Shown in pieces: positions 26,976 through 37,203 of a DNA stretch of 64,000 nucleotides. This stretch comes from a virus. Numbering within the stretch: the stretch's first letter is position 1; the number at the start of each line of letters is the position of its first letter. Position numbers and translations under genes: made by a program. The stretch lies in the IMG/VR virus record IMGVR_UViG_3300049215_000496, positions 1 through 64,000 of that record. One strand, written 5' to 3'. The notes under the pieces are model-generated. The model had not been told where the DNA came from. It did no database searches and saw nothing but the letters and a program-made list of their open reading frames with translations.

Positions 26976-27400
26976 TGATCATCTCCCTCGGTGCAGGCTA
27001 CCCGCTCGTCCCCGTGCCCTATCCGGATGACAATCCGGATCACGGGGGCGGCCCGATCCGCAAGAGCCCCAACAACGCGCTGCCCGCGCACGCCGGCAAC
27101 ATGGTGTATCGCACGCTGTTGCTCGTCACGCGTGAAGCCGAGGCAGGCTCGCGCTGGCCTGGTGATCTGTCCAAGATGATGTTTCTGCCCGACGGCCGCC
27201 TCGTGCCGGCCAAGCCGTACGCGTTCGATATGTTCAACGGTGCTGGTGAATCTTCGAGCGGCTTTCTTCACACGCTCGTGCCCGCGCTGTCGATGTTCGC
27301 GGGCGCAGGTGCCGGGTACAAGCTGTCGAGCAAGCATCGTGCGTTGAGCACGTTTGGTGGTGCTGTGGTCGGGGGAATTCTTGGTCTGATTTTTCGGTGA
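26972..27400 (+). CDS. Membrane protein with two C-terminal TM helices
   Basis: LSSKHRALSTFGGAVVGGILGLIFR end. Confidence 0.6.
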   Translation: MMIISLGAGYPLVPVPYPDDNPDHGGGPIRKSPNNALPAHAGNMVYRTLLLVTREAEAGSRWPGDLSKMMFLPDGRLVPAKPYAFDMFNGAGESSSGFLHTLVPALSMFAGAGAGYKLSSKHRALSTFGGAVVGGILGLIFR

Positions 27401-27404
27401 TCCT

Positions 27405-28115
27405 GTGATCGATCAGATTGGTCGACAACTGATTATGCAGCGCAACGGCGTGTCGTTGGGCGCTGCTAAGGTGCTCCCGCCCGCCGATCCAAAGATCGTG
27501 CAGGTATCGAACATGATACAGACCAATCGCCAAGCACGCCAGTTGTTGGGTATCGCCGCGACACACATCCAACAGGCGTATCAGGTCGTTGAAACAATTC
27601 CGTCAAATATGTGGTACGGTCTGCTGCGCTGGATGCGCTATTTCGATGGTACGAGTGACTTAGCTAAGCAGGCACGTTTGCTGTTGGATCGAACCAACGC
27701 ATACGCACAGAGAGTGTACGCCACGCTGCCTGACAATGACGCGCCAGTGTCTTCGATAGGCAAGAAACAAGTCAACACAGCGCTAGCGCAAGCTTCATCC
27801 AACCTGCAACTTGTGTCGTCATCGGCCAATGAGATTCACAAGAGCTTGATCGATGACTTGATCGATGCGGTGAACGCATGGATCGCTGGAAACGTGCCAA
27901 GCGGATTCCCTAAGCTGCCGAAAGCGACAGGCAAGATCATTGTCTACGTTGCAATTGGAGCTGCAGGACTTGTTGGACTGTTCGTGTTGGGCAAGCTGCT
28001 GCACACAATCGCGCTAGGGTCTGCGGAGCTGATTGAGGCAGAGAATGCTGCGATGGCTATCGCCGATGCGCAGCGCCGAAAGCGCAGCTCGCGCTCCGTG
28101 CTGTCGATTGCATAG
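27405..28115 (+). CDS. Helical membrane-anchored protein
   Basis: TM IIVYVAIGAAGLVGLFVLG; basic tail. Confidence 0.6.
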   Translation: MIDQIGRQLIMQRNGVSLGAAKVLPPADPKIVQVSNMIQTNRQARQLLGIAATHIQQAYQVVETIPSNMWYGLLRWMRYFDGTSDLAKQARLLLDRTNAYAQRVYATLPDNDAPVSSIGKKQVNTALAQASSNLQLVSSSANEIHKSLIDDLIDAVNAWIAGNVPSGFPKLPKATGKIIVYVAIGAAGLVGLFVLGKLLHTIALGSAELIEAENAAMAIADAQRRKRSSRSVLSIA

Positions 28116-28142
28116 CGGTCTTTTTTGGCCTATAGTATTTCT

Positions 28143-28419
28143 GTGGCCGGAAAACACAAAAAGATTGCAGTCGCTATCCCCTCGTGGGTAAACGCGCTCA
28201 CACCGAATGACGCGTGCCTGCGCAGCGTGGCTGAAGACGTGTACACCGCGAAAGCGTTTGCTGAAAGTTACGGGGCAACTGAAAAGTCCAAAGTGTGTGG
28301 GCTTGCTCAGCGCCGCGAACAAATCGCTGCGTATGTTGGAGAACTCGAAAGCGGGGGACAAGCTGCGCTGCCGAGAAGGTGATCGGGCAGCGCGCAAGTT
28401 CTGGGAGGCAACACAATGA
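28143..28419 (+). pseudogene. Frameshifted paralog of 26130..26384
   Basis: ACLRSVAEDVYTA..YGA in one frame and CVGLL..RCREGDRAARKFWEA in +1 frame; extra A in AAAA 28282-28285. Confidence 0.7.
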
Positions 28420-28580
28420 ACCCTCAAAAATCCAACGCAGGAACAGTGGCACTCGTGCTCGGTGGCCTCGCGGCTGTCGGAACGGCAGCAGCCGTAGCGT
28501 TCAGCGGAAGCAAGAAACCTGCCCCGCGTCTAGGATCTGTGCGCCGCCCCGTGCGCAAGCCCTGTGGTTGCGGCCGATAA
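28416..28580 (+). CDS. 54-aa membrane peptide ending KPCGCGR
   Basis: Own translation MNPQKSNAGTVALVLGGLAAVGTAAAVAFSGSKKPAPRLGSVRRPVRKPCGCGR; GGAGG RBS. Confidence 0.6.
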   Translation: MNPQKSNAGTVALVLGGLAAVGTAAAVAFSGSKKPAPRLGSVRRPVRKPCGCGR

Positions 28581-28621
28581 GCTTGCGCTCGCGGCCCGCG
28601 GCGTGATTCAATCGTCTGTGA

Positions 28622-28716
28622 ACATAAGCAGGTTTCTCCTGCATCACCGACGATCAGAATAACTGGCGTCCAGTGGAGTGGATGGTTTCAAACCACCCTT
28701 CCGCCTGGCGCCTTTT
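28622..28716 (+). ncRNA. Structured leader RNA/attenuator, copy 2
   Basis: ACATAA, hairpin GCAGG/CCTGC, CGATCAGAATAACTGGCG, long imperfect hairpin closing CTGGCGCC-TTTT. Confidence 0.6.
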
Positions 28717-28758
28717 GGCGTATCGCCGAAATGCACCACAAACACGGGGCAAAATTGC

Positions 28759-31700
28759 ATGTTAGACGGCAGTTACGTCACAGGTTACAACGCTGAATCA
28801 AACAATCTGATCCAGGGCGAGCTTGTACGAGTCTACGCCGTCGGGGGCCAAAAACGCGTTGTTCGCGCGCAAGCGGATGCCCCAATCCACCTCCAGGGGC
28901 TGATCGGTGTCGTCTTTTCTGGTGTGGTTCGTCCGGGGGGGCCTGTCGCGGTGGCCGCTGTTGCCAGCGCCGCTGTACGCATTCTTCTCGATGGAGGACT
29001 CGCGCCGCAGCCGAGCAACACACTGTATGTATCGGTGGTGAATCCCGGGCGTGCGACCACGATCCCGTCGGTTGGCACTCCCGCGATCGCTGTTGTATTC
29101 GATGCAACACAGTATTCCCGCGACAACTCGGTCGTCGGTATCCTGACTCAAACCGCGACGGGTTTGGTTGGAGGTCCCGGAGCGACCGGAGCTACCGGCG
29201 CGACAGGCGCGACCGGAGCTACCGGTGCGACAGGTGCAGGTGCAACAGGTGCAACAGGCATAGGCGCGACGGGCGCGACAGGTGTGACAGGCGCTACCGG
29301 ATCTCCAGGTGGCGCGACGGGCGCGACAGGAACGCAAGGCGCGACAGGTATTCCGGGCAGCCCCGGCGGAGCTACTGGCGTGCAAGGCGCGACCGGAGCT
29401 ACCGGAGCTACCGGAGCTACCGGAGCTACCGGCGCGACGGGCGCAGGCGCAACAGGTGCCACCGGTGTGCAGGGTGCAACAGGCACTACAGGGTCCGCTG
29501 GCGGGGCCACTGGTGCCACTGGTGCAACCGGCGCCACCGGCGTGGGTGCCACTGGTGCAACTGGCGTGGGGGCCACGGGCGCCACCGGGTTGACAGGCGC
29601 AACAGGATCAAACGGAACAGTAGGGCCGCCCGGTGCGGATGGATCTGACGGCACTGACGGGCTCGATGGCATCGACGGCGCTACCGGCGCGACGGGAGCC
29701 ACGGGTGTAGGCGCGACGGGTGCCACTGGTGTCCCCGGTAGCCCTGGTGGCGCGACGGGCGCGACAGGAACGCAAGGCGCGACAGGTATTCCGGGCAGCC
29801 CCGGCGGAGCTACTGGCGTGCAAGGCGCGACCGGAGCTACCGGAGCTACCGGAGCTACCGGAGCTACCGGAGCTACCGGAGCTACCGGAGCTACGGGACC
29901 GATGGGGCCTCCGGGCGCGGATGGATCTGACGGCACTGACGGGCTCGATGGCCCTCCAGGTGCCACGGGCGCTGGCGCAACGGGTGCGACAGGCGCAACC
30001 GGGGCACTGGGTGCTACCGGCGCGACAGGTGTCGGACCTGGGTTTGGATTTGCGCAACAGAATTGGGTGTCTCTTGTTGATGGTGTATCGCCGCTCGTTC
30101 CGCACGCGGATCATCAACACACAGCATTTCCATCCCCCGACATGTTTGTCGTTTATGCTGTCGATCAAGACGGAGTAGTTCTGCCGGGAAACGACACGAC
30201 AGGACAGCCTGGCACGTCCATTTATCAGGCCACGCCAGCATTGGATATGAGCAACGCATTGGCGTTTGCCGTTGCCACACCATACAAGACATTGGAGCAG
30301 GTTGGACGCCAACTTCCGCGTGAGGGCAACAACGCAACGCTGGTCGTACTGATTCGTCCGCGTATTGGCGGCGCTACGTATAAAAAGATCGATGGTGTGT
30401 CCGATCAAGACATGGGGTGGATGAGTCAGCTAACGGGTTGGAAGCGCGTACTGATTCGCGCAACCAACACCTTTCTGAACGACACTGCTGACAAGGTAGC
30501 GTGCGGATTCCAAACGGTAGCTTCTACATTCGCGGGCGGCTACAACGCACTGGCTGGCAGCACTCCAAGCACACTGAATTGTCAGAAACAGGGGGGAGCG
30601 GCTGCGGGTTTTCCTGCTGAAGCGGGCGGATCGAGCGCGATATCCGGCAAGCGAATTCGATTCACATCAGGCGCACTGATCAATCAAACAGCTATGATTT
30701 GGAAGAATACAACCACACAGTTGGTTCTTTCGAATGCTTTGACTGGAGTTCCGAATCCAGCAGACAACTTTTTAATTGAAGAGCCCGGACTGCACGTTGG
30801 AAACTTTACACACAGTGTGAATCATAACGGAAGTGCCGTCGCACTTGCAGGTTTCGGATCTACGATCGGGTCGGCTACAGTATATGGCCCTGGCGGCATC
30901 AACTACGCCGGCAGCGAATCCTCTGGTGACATATCTTTCACAGGGCTGTCAACAGCCACACTGACACGATCGTATACAGACGAACTTGGAAATGATGTTG
31001 TTGTAGGCGTATCGCTGCGCGCAGCAAGCAACGTGAGCGCGTCTCACATCGGTGATTTGACACACGCCTCAGGGTACACGCACGTTCGAACCGCAATATC
31101 AAACAGCGTGTCACTGAACGTTGGTGCTGGGTGTGTGTACAGGAAAGGTGGATCAATCCAGGCAGGTGCCGGGTCCAGCAAATACGGTGGAGCGGGCAAT
31201 GCCGCGTACATCGCCGGAAGTCAAAATGTCGCCGGAACACAAAAGCTGCGTGTGACACAGGCGCTTATTGCCGATGGATTCACCGGGGCTTTCGAGCTTC
31301 AGGGCATTTCTGGTTCACTTGTGTACGGCATTGATTTCGCGAATTGCACCGTTCCATTGATCGACTTTAAGTCATCCGGCGCTGTGTTTGACGTTGACGG
31401 CATAACGTCATTAGACGGGGGCAACACTAACACTGTATTGAATCTGACGTCAGGATCTAATCAGACCATAGCTGTTGGCCTCATAGCGGCGGAAATGACG
31501 GCGGCGGCAGCGCTTGGCGATATACGTATGGCTGGGTTGGAGATCGCCCCATTCACGCTATTGATCGATGCTAACTATGTTGACACAGTTGGCAACAACG
31601 TGTACGGCCAAGGTGGCATAGTTATATGTAACGATGTTGTTCAATCCAATGTTAGTGCAGGAACTATAGCAGCATACAGTGTATTGCGTGTAACCGGCAA

Positions 31701-34560
31701 CAATCAAGTGGCTCTTGCGCAAGCTCCTGCAAATATAGATGCCTTTGGGGTCGCCCAAATGGCTTCCTCTTCTGGAAATACGGTTCTGACTGCCGTGGCT
31801 GGTCCTGTGCCGATGTTGTTCAACGCGCCAAACCCCACGCCGGGTAACATCGCGTATCTGTCTACAACTGCTGGGCAAGCACAAGACACATTTGTCAATA
31901 ATTCTGTGCGCCTCGGACGCATTATCGGGCAGCTCAATGGCAGCGTAGGCTTGGTGGCGCTCGACATCGATCTGCAAACAGTATTTACCCCCGCTCCGGC
32001 CTCCGCCATGGTTGCGCTGGTTGACTACGATGCGGTGATCGCCAATGGAACAGGTGGATTCGGTGTCGCCAGTGACGTAACCGGGCGCTTCGGATATGCA
32101 CCTTCCACAGGCGTGCTTACCACAGACATTCAAACAGCGTTGAATTCCGCCATGCTCACGCCATTCAAAACGCTTGAGCAGGTTGGAAAATCGTTTCCGC
32201 GTGGAGCCGGAAACGGATCGAATTTGAGGATTTTCATCCGACCACGGATAGGATCCGCTCCATACCGAAATATAGCTAACACCGCAGACCAAAACGGTGT
32301 TGACTGGTTGTCCGGCATCAGCGGATGGAATTCCGTGGTTATTCGCGGTTCGCTGAATCTGACCAACACACAAGAAGATGTTACAACAGCCGGGTACTAC
32401 CCTACAGCAGGAACGAATCCTGGTGGGTACAATGTAACGGCAAGCACCGTTGGCGGTACAAGTTACACAACATGCCAATTGAATGGAGGTGGTGCTCCCG
32501 GCTTCACAGCTGAATCTGGTGGATGGTCCGTGCTACTAGGTAAACGTATTCGTTGGTCTGCCACTACTACCACGCCTGCGTTGAGAAACACCACGTCCGT
32601 GATCAATGAAGTTCTAACTAATGTAGGACTCGTTCCATCCAACCAAATATTTGTTACGCCGGTTGCATCGGATGTATTCTTTATTGAATCTCCCGGAGTG
32701 GTAGTTGGCAACTTAACACATTTTGCTGGTGTTAACGGTTCAATGTCTTTGACAGGTTTCGGCACAACCACGGCACTGCAAACACTGTCAAATGAAGGAC
32801 CGGCCACATACAACGGAATAACTGTGAGCGGCGTCGGGTTTATGGCCATCACCGGAGCAAATTCAGGATCTATATCCTTGAATGCTTTGGACTACAACGG
32901 AACGGCTGGAAACGATATAACAATCGGACAAGCTACAAACGTCATTATTCAAAACAGCGCATACAGAAATGTTCGTATGCGCATAACGAGTCCGGCTACT
33001 AGGGTGACGTTTGGATCTGGTTGTGTGATCAGCGGGCCGTTCGAGAATCTTGCCACAATTGACAACCGGATGTTCACGGTCGGTGGCCAATTTATTCCAA
33101 CAGCCGCGCCGCTGCGGTACACACAGTTCGTGTACGTGACAGGACAGGCTGCAATGAATTTGTGCGGTGGTGGTGGAAACATCGGGGGCGTACGAATTGA
33201 CAACTGTACGGCAGGCGTATCTTGGGGATTGATAAATTTCCAAGGAATTCCGTTTGCAAATGCGCCTACGGGCGAGCCCTCAGGTGTGTGGGCCATCGAT
33301 GGCCTAACAGGCAGCGGAAATACAGGATTTATTTTAAATAGCGGGCACACCGGAACGGCGCGCAATGCGGGATCTGATTTTACGGTAGCGTGGGCCGGTC
33401 TACAGCCCAACACGATTACAGCGAACCCACCGGTAGGAACGTTGCCTGCTAACAGCGTGTCGTGGGGAAATTGTCAAACATCGCTTGCACCCTTGCAACA
33501 CACTAATGTGTATTTAAGTGGATGCAATTTGACAACCAGTGGCATAGGCACTGTGTTCAAAGATGTAATCAGAACAACAATACATTCCACCGCCGTTGAC
33601 ACCGACATCGCACTGTTCCGCGTTGTAAGAAACGCTCCCGTAAATTCACTGACGTATTACAACGCCAATGCTGTTCCTGCTTCCGCGGATTTGTTGGTGA
33701 ATTGCACAGGAATAACTGGTGTTTCAATAAGTGATGGCGGGTATGTTGGACAGGACGTAATAGTAGCCACGGATGGTGTTGTTCCGATAGAATTCACAGC
33801 AATCCCTGCTTACACGGACGTTGGGCAACCAGTATGGTTATCTGCTTTGACTGGAGCTAATGCCGGAAAGGTACAAACAACACCCGGAACAGTACCGGTG
33901 ATGATCGGGACGTTATACGAGTGCTACGGAACAACGATAGGGCGCGTAAAGTTGAATGCGCTGCAGCCTCAATCGACATTGATAGGCGCAACTGGTGTAG
34001 CTGGCGCCGCTGGCGCCCCGGGTGCCGCAGGTGCCACGGGTGCAACGGGCGCGGGTGGTGTCGGATCACAAGGCGCCACCGGCGCAACGGGCACTGCAGG
34101 CGCCGCGGGAACGCAGGGCGCAACGGGCGCGACCGGTGTCATGGGTGCAACCGGGGCCAATGGCCCAATCACGCTCGCCACGTTCGCGATCGGGTATGAG
34201 AGCACTGTTGGTGTGCAGATACTCACAGGAATCACATACGGCCTTCCACCGTACACGATCACCACACCGTTCGGCTTTGCCATCCAATGGCGTGTTCCGC
34301 AAAACCTGAGCAACATCGAAGTTTGGGTTGAAACAGACAGCATCATCGATTTGGGTGCTGCTGGTTCGTTCACGATTGAGCTGCTCAAGAACGGTGTCCC
34401 TTCCGGAGCCGGGAATGTGATCAACAGCATCGGAGCAACCACGCTGGTTGGTGGACCGATCGCTTACGTCGCAGGCGATCGGTATGGATTCAATGTCACA
34501 GGTGGTGGCACCGTCGGCGTAAGCGTCAGCTTCACACTGTTCGCACGAGGTATTCCGTAA
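28759..34560 (+). CDS. Giant collagen-like fibre/receptor-binding protein (~1933 aa)
   Basis: Start set by paralogy with 36210 ([16 protein letters not shown]); long (GAT)n collagen tract; two duplicated TP(Y/F)KTLEQVG modules; second collagen tract; C-terminal head. Confidence 0.75.
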   Translation: MLDGSYVTGYNAESNNLIQGELVRVYAVGGQKRVVRAQADAPIHLQGLIGVVFSGVVRPGGPVAVAAVASAAVRILLDGGLAPQPSNTLYVSVVNPGRATTIPSVGTPAIAVVFDATQYSRDNSVVGILTQTATGLVGGPGATGATGATGATGATGATGAGATGATGIGATGATGVTGATGSPGGATGATGTQGATGIPGSPGGATGVQGATGATGATGATGATGATGAGATGATGVQGATGTTGSAGGATGATGATGATGVGATGATGVGATGATGLTGATGSNGTVGPPGADGSDGTDGLDGIDGATGATGATGVGATGATGVPGSPGGATGATGTQGATGIPGSPGGATGVQGATGATGATGATGATGATGATGATGPMGPPGADGSDGTDGLDGPPGATGAGATGATGATGALGATGATGVGPGFGFAQQNWVSLVDGVSPLVPHADHQHTAFPSPDMFVVYAVDQDGVVLPGNDTTGQPGTSIYQATPALDMSNALAFAVATPYKTLEQVGRQLPREGNNATLVVLIRPRIGGATYKKIDGVSDQDMGWMSQLTGWKRVLIRATNTFLNDTADKVACGFQTVASTFAGGYNALAGSTPSTLNCQKQGGAAAGFPAEAGGSSAISGKRIRFTSGALINQTAMIWKNTTTQLVLSNALTGVPNPADNFLIEEPGLHVGNFTHSVNHNGSAVALAGFGSTIGSATVYGPGGINYAGSESSGDISFTGLSTATLTRSYTDELGNDVVVGVSLRAASNVSASHIGDLTHASGYTHVRTAISNSVSLNVGAGCVYRKGGSIQAGAGSSKYGGAGNAAYIAGSQNVAGTQKLRVTQALIADGFTGAFELQGISGSLVYGIDFANCTVPLIDFKSSGAVFDVDGITSLDGGNTNTVLNLTSGSNQTIAVGLIAAEMTAAAALGDIRMAGLEIAPFTLLIDANYVDTVGNNVYGQGGIVICNDVVQSNVSAGTIAAYSVLRVTGNNQVALAQAPANIDAFGVAQMASSSGNTVLTAVAGPVPMLFNAPNPTPGNIAYLSTTAGQAQDTFVNNSVRLGRIIGQLNGSVGLVALDIDLQTVFTPAPASAMVALVDYDAVIANGTGGFGVASDVTGRFGYAPSTGVLTTDIQTALNSAMLTPFKTLEQVGKSFPRGAGNGSNLRIFIRPRIGSAPYRNIANTADQNGVDWLSGISGWNSVVIRGSLNLTNTQEDVTTAGYYPTAGTNPGGYNVTASTVGGTSYTTCQLNGGGAPGFTAESGGWSVLLGKRIRWSATTTTPALRNTTSVINEVLTNVGLVPSNQIFVTPVASDVFFIESPGVVVGNLTHFAGVNGSMSLTGFGTTTALQTLSNEGPATYNGITVSGVGFMAITGANSGSISLNALDYNGTAGNDITIGQATNVIIQNSAYRNVRMRITSPATRVTFGSGCVISGPFENLATIDNRMFTVGGQFIPTAAPLRYTQFVYVTGQAAMNLCGGGGNIGGVRIDNCTAGVSWGLINFQGIPFANAPTGEPSGVWAIDGLTGSGNTGFILNSGHTGTARNAGSDFTVAWAGLQPNTITANPPVGTLPANSVSWGNCQTSLAPLQHTNVYLSGCNLTTSGIGTVFKDVIRTTIHSTAVDTDIALFRVVRNAPVNSLTYYNANAVPASADLLVNCTGITGVSISDGGYVGQDVIVATDGVVPIEFTAIPAYTDVGQPVWLSALTGANAGKVQTTPGTVPVMIGTLYECYGTTIGRVKLNALQPQSTLIGATGVAGAAGAPGAAGATGATGAGGVGSQGATGATGTAGAAGTQGATGATGVMGATGANGPITLATFAIGYESTVGVQILTGITYGLPPYTITTPFGFAIQWRVPQNLSNIEVWVETDSIIDLGAAGSFTIELLKNGVPSGAGNVINSIGATTLVGGPIAYVAGDRYGFNVTGGGTVGVSVSFTLFARGIP
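29170..30030 (+). repeat. Collagen-like Gly-Ala-Thr repeats with 9-bp tandem arrays
   Basis: GGAGCTACC x4 (29395-29430) and x6 (29833-29886); block starting 29308 duplicated at 29746. Confidence 0.9.
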
Positions 34561-35505
34561 GTGCGCATAGTCCAGGTGTTGCCCCCTGCTGGCGCAGGAG
34601 GCTTCGAGGAACTTGGGGCGAGCTTCAGCTCGATGCTTGCAGCATGCACCAGCAACCTTTCCGTGCACGTCAGCAGCATCGCCGCTGTGCTGCAAACAAA
34701 ACCCGCGTGCGATGTCGTGGCACATTCGTTCTGTGTGGCCAACCCTGAGATACTGAAAGCGTATCCACACGCGCGGCATGTAGAGATAATTGTCGGCAGC
34801 GATCTGGCCCCCACGCCCGGTGTTGATCGCGTCTATCCGTCCTGGGCGTGGCTGAATTTTTTGTGGGGTAAGTACGAGGCAAGGCACCTCGGGCGCGTAG
34901 GCGATGTCATGATCCCGCATTGGGTCAATCCAAGCGACTGGCCTCTAGGAGCGAAAACCGAGGACTTTTTGCTGTTCGTCGGGCGCCTCGTACCGCAAAA
35001 ATTCGGGCTGCTCCGTGCAATCGCAAGAGCGCTTCCGCGGCAAAAAATCGTAGTCGCAAGTGCGGGTGACCCGCGCGAGGTTGCAGGTATTCCCAACATC
35101 GATGTGATTGGATTCGCCGCGCCGAACAAGCTCGCGGGGCTCATGGGCAAAGCCAAAGCGGTGCTTTGTCCATCTCTTTACTGCGAGCCGTTTGGGCTTG
35201 CCGCAGTCGAGGCAGGGCTCACCGGTGCCCACGTGATCGCATCGAGGGTAGGCGGTTTCGTAGAAACACTGCCACCCAATTCAACACTGTGTAATCCAAA
35301 CAAACTAGAAGACTGGCTGGCAGCAATAGCTTCCACAGCGTGTAGCAATGATGAACGCGTTAAGCGTCGCGTTTGGCATATGTCGCACCACTCCCCGGAA
35401 GTGATTGCGCCTCAATACATCAAGTTTCTTTGTGCTGAAAAACGATCACCAGTACCGGTGTACGGACCACGTGGTACCGTTGCTGCAACATTAGAAAGGG
35501 TATGA
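34561..35505 (+). CDS. GT4-like glycosyltransferase
   Basis: LLFVGRLVPQK, PSLYCEPFGLAAVEAGLTGAHVIASRVGGFVE. Confidence 0.85.
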   Translation: MRIVQVLPPAGAGGFEELGASFSSMLAACTSNLSVHVSSIAAVLQTKPACDVVAHSFCVANPEILKAYPHARHVEIIVGSDLAPTPGVDRVYPSWAWLNFLWGKYEARHLGRVGDVMIPHWVNPSDWPLGAKTEDFLLFVGRLVPQKFGLLRAIARALPRQKIVVASAGDPREVAGIPNIDVIGFAAPNKLAGLMGKAKAVLCPSLYCEPFGLAAVEAGLTGAHVIASRVGGFVETLPPNSTLCNPNKLEDWLAAIASTACSNDERVKRRVWHMSHHSPEVIAPQYIKFLCAEKRSPVPVYGPRGTVAATLERV

Positions 35506-35508
35506 AAA

Positions 35509-36162
35509 ATGTCAACGACGAATGCCAAGAACCCAAAAATATTTTTTTCAGGTCCATTCACCGCTGCTGGTGCTACGTTGTACACGGTTCCGGCAGGAAC
35601 CAACGCAAACATCAAGCAAATACGAATTGCCAGCAACGTCAACAATGACACAACTGTCAACATAATAATGCAGTCTTATGCCGCTGCTCAAAACGTGGTG
35701 GTTCCAGCCAGGGGTGTGTTGAATTTGCTGTTTTCTGACGCGAATTTTACCCCTGGGCAGCAAATTCTCGCGTCATCTTCCGGAATATCCGGTGACTTAA
35801 CAGTGCTTATAGACGGAGAAGAATACTATCTGCTCAACACACGTTTTTCCGCTGTTGGGGTCGATGCTGCTCAACACACGCTGTTCACGGTTCCGGCCAA
35901 CGAACAGTATCTGATCAAGCACATACGCATAGCCAACAGCGACGGCTCGCCACACGGGATGCAACTGTCTATTGGACCATTGGCGGCCCCTCTGGCGTAT
36001 CTCAGATCGAATGGCAACGGTGATACTGTGCCTGCAGGCGGCGGTGTGGACATGTGGATGCAAACTCCTGTGAACACAGGGGAAATATTCCAATATCAAG
36101 CAGGTGCTGTTGGCGTCATGAACATCACCGTCGATATTGAGCGAAAGATTCTGACAGCCTAG
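35509..36162 (+). CDS. Two-domain beta-rich virion protein candidate
   Basis: Tandem TLYTVPA..IKQIRIAS and TLFTVPA..IKHIRIAN domains. Confidence 0.6.
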   Translation: MSTTNAKNPKIFFSGPFTAAGATLYTVPAGTNANIKQIRIASNVNNDTTVNIIMQSYAAAQNVVVPARGVLNLLFSDANFTPGQQILASSSGISGDLTVLIDGEEYYLLNTRFSAVGVDAAQHTLFTVPANEQYLIKHIRIANSDGSPHGMQLSIGPLAAPLAYLRSNGNGDTVPAGGGVDMWMQTPVNTGEIFQYQAGAVGVMNITVDIERKILTA

Positions 36163-36209
36163 AAATCGAATTCGTAAAAACCTGCACGCCGTTTTGGAGG
36201 GCACCCGAA

Positions 36210-37190
36210 ATGTTAGATGGCAGCTACGTCACAGGGTACAACGCTGAGAGCAACAACCTCATCCAAGGAGAGGTTGTGCGCGTGTTTTCGTCCGGTGGGC
36301 AGAAGCGCGTCGTGCGCGCGCAGGCTCCGAGCGCGCTGCAAGGGCTCCTAGGCGTGGTCCACTCGGGCGTGGTTGGCCCGGGTGGACCTGTGGTCGTTGC
36401 AGCTATCGCATCCGCGGCCGTCAAGATCCTGCTCGATACAGGGCTCACGCCGATTGACGGAGGAACGTTATACGTGTCGGCTGTGACCGCCGGACGGGCG
36501 ACGACCACCATGTCCGGCGCAGCGCTCGCCATCGCATACGACATCTCGAAGTACGCAACGACCACATCCGTGATCGGCATACTGGCGCAAAATACCGGAC
36601 TGGGCGCAACGGGTGTTGGTGGAGCCACTGGTGCGACCGGAGCAGCAGGCGCAACGGGCACAGCCGGAACGGCTGGAACAGCAGGCGCAACGGGAGCTAC
36701 CGGTGTGGGCGCGACCGGCGCTACCGGTGCCGCGGGCACTCCTGGAGGAGCAACAGGGGCTACCGGTGTGGGCGCGACCGGCGCTACCGGCGCGGTGTTC
36801 TTTTCGCCGTTTCTGTTTGGGCGCCAAGCCAGTCAGATCCCCAGTGATTCGAATTGGTCCTTGTCGCCGAGTGGCTTCGACATCGTCAGCGACGGTCCGG
36901 GTTGGATGACATTCCAGCAGACCAATTTCGTTGATCTGGAAATGTTAATAACGTTCTTGACGTGGGTCGGCGGCGGTAACGCGAGCTTTCAGGTGCAGCA
37001 CAGAGCTACCCCGGGCGTCGGCGCTTGGACCACCGACTGCACCATATCGATTCCAAGCGGCACAACAGGTCGACAGCACACCACGGTGCCTGCCACGATC
37101 CCAGCAGCGGCCGAAGTGCGGCTGCTCGCGTCCGTGCCTGCGTCCACGGACCTGACCGTGATCGATTGGTCGATCTTCCTGTTCAACTAG
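36210..37190 (+). CDS. Short collagen-like fibre, N-terminal paralog of 28759..34560
   Basis: Near-identical N-terminal ~130 aa, GAT tract, distinct C-terminal head; GGAGG RBS. Confidence 0.75.
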   Translation: MLDGSYVTGYNAESNNLIQGEVVRVFSSGGQKRVVRAQAPSALQGLLGVVHSGVVGPGGPVVVAAIASAAVKILLDTGLTPIDGGTLYVSAVTAGRATTTMSGAALAIAYDISKYATTTSVIGILAQNTGLGATGVGGATGATGAAGATGTAGTAGTAGATGATGVGATGATGAAGTPGGATGATGVGATGATGAVFFSPFLFGRQASQIPSDSNWSLSPSGFDIVSDGPGWMTFQQTNFVDLEMLITFLTWVGGGNASFQVQHRATPGVGAWTTDCTISIPSGTTGRQHTTVPATIPAAAEVRLLASVPASTDLTVIDWSIFLFN

Positions 37191-37203
37191 ACATTCGTGC
37201 TGT

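Noticed and set aside
28678-28758. Upstream GTG start of the 1960-aa ORF
   Set aside because: Falls inside the leader terminator hairpin; paralog 36210 points to ATG 28759
29148-29966. Antisense (PVA)n ORF
   Set aside because: Reverse complement of the Gly-Ala-Thr collagen tract
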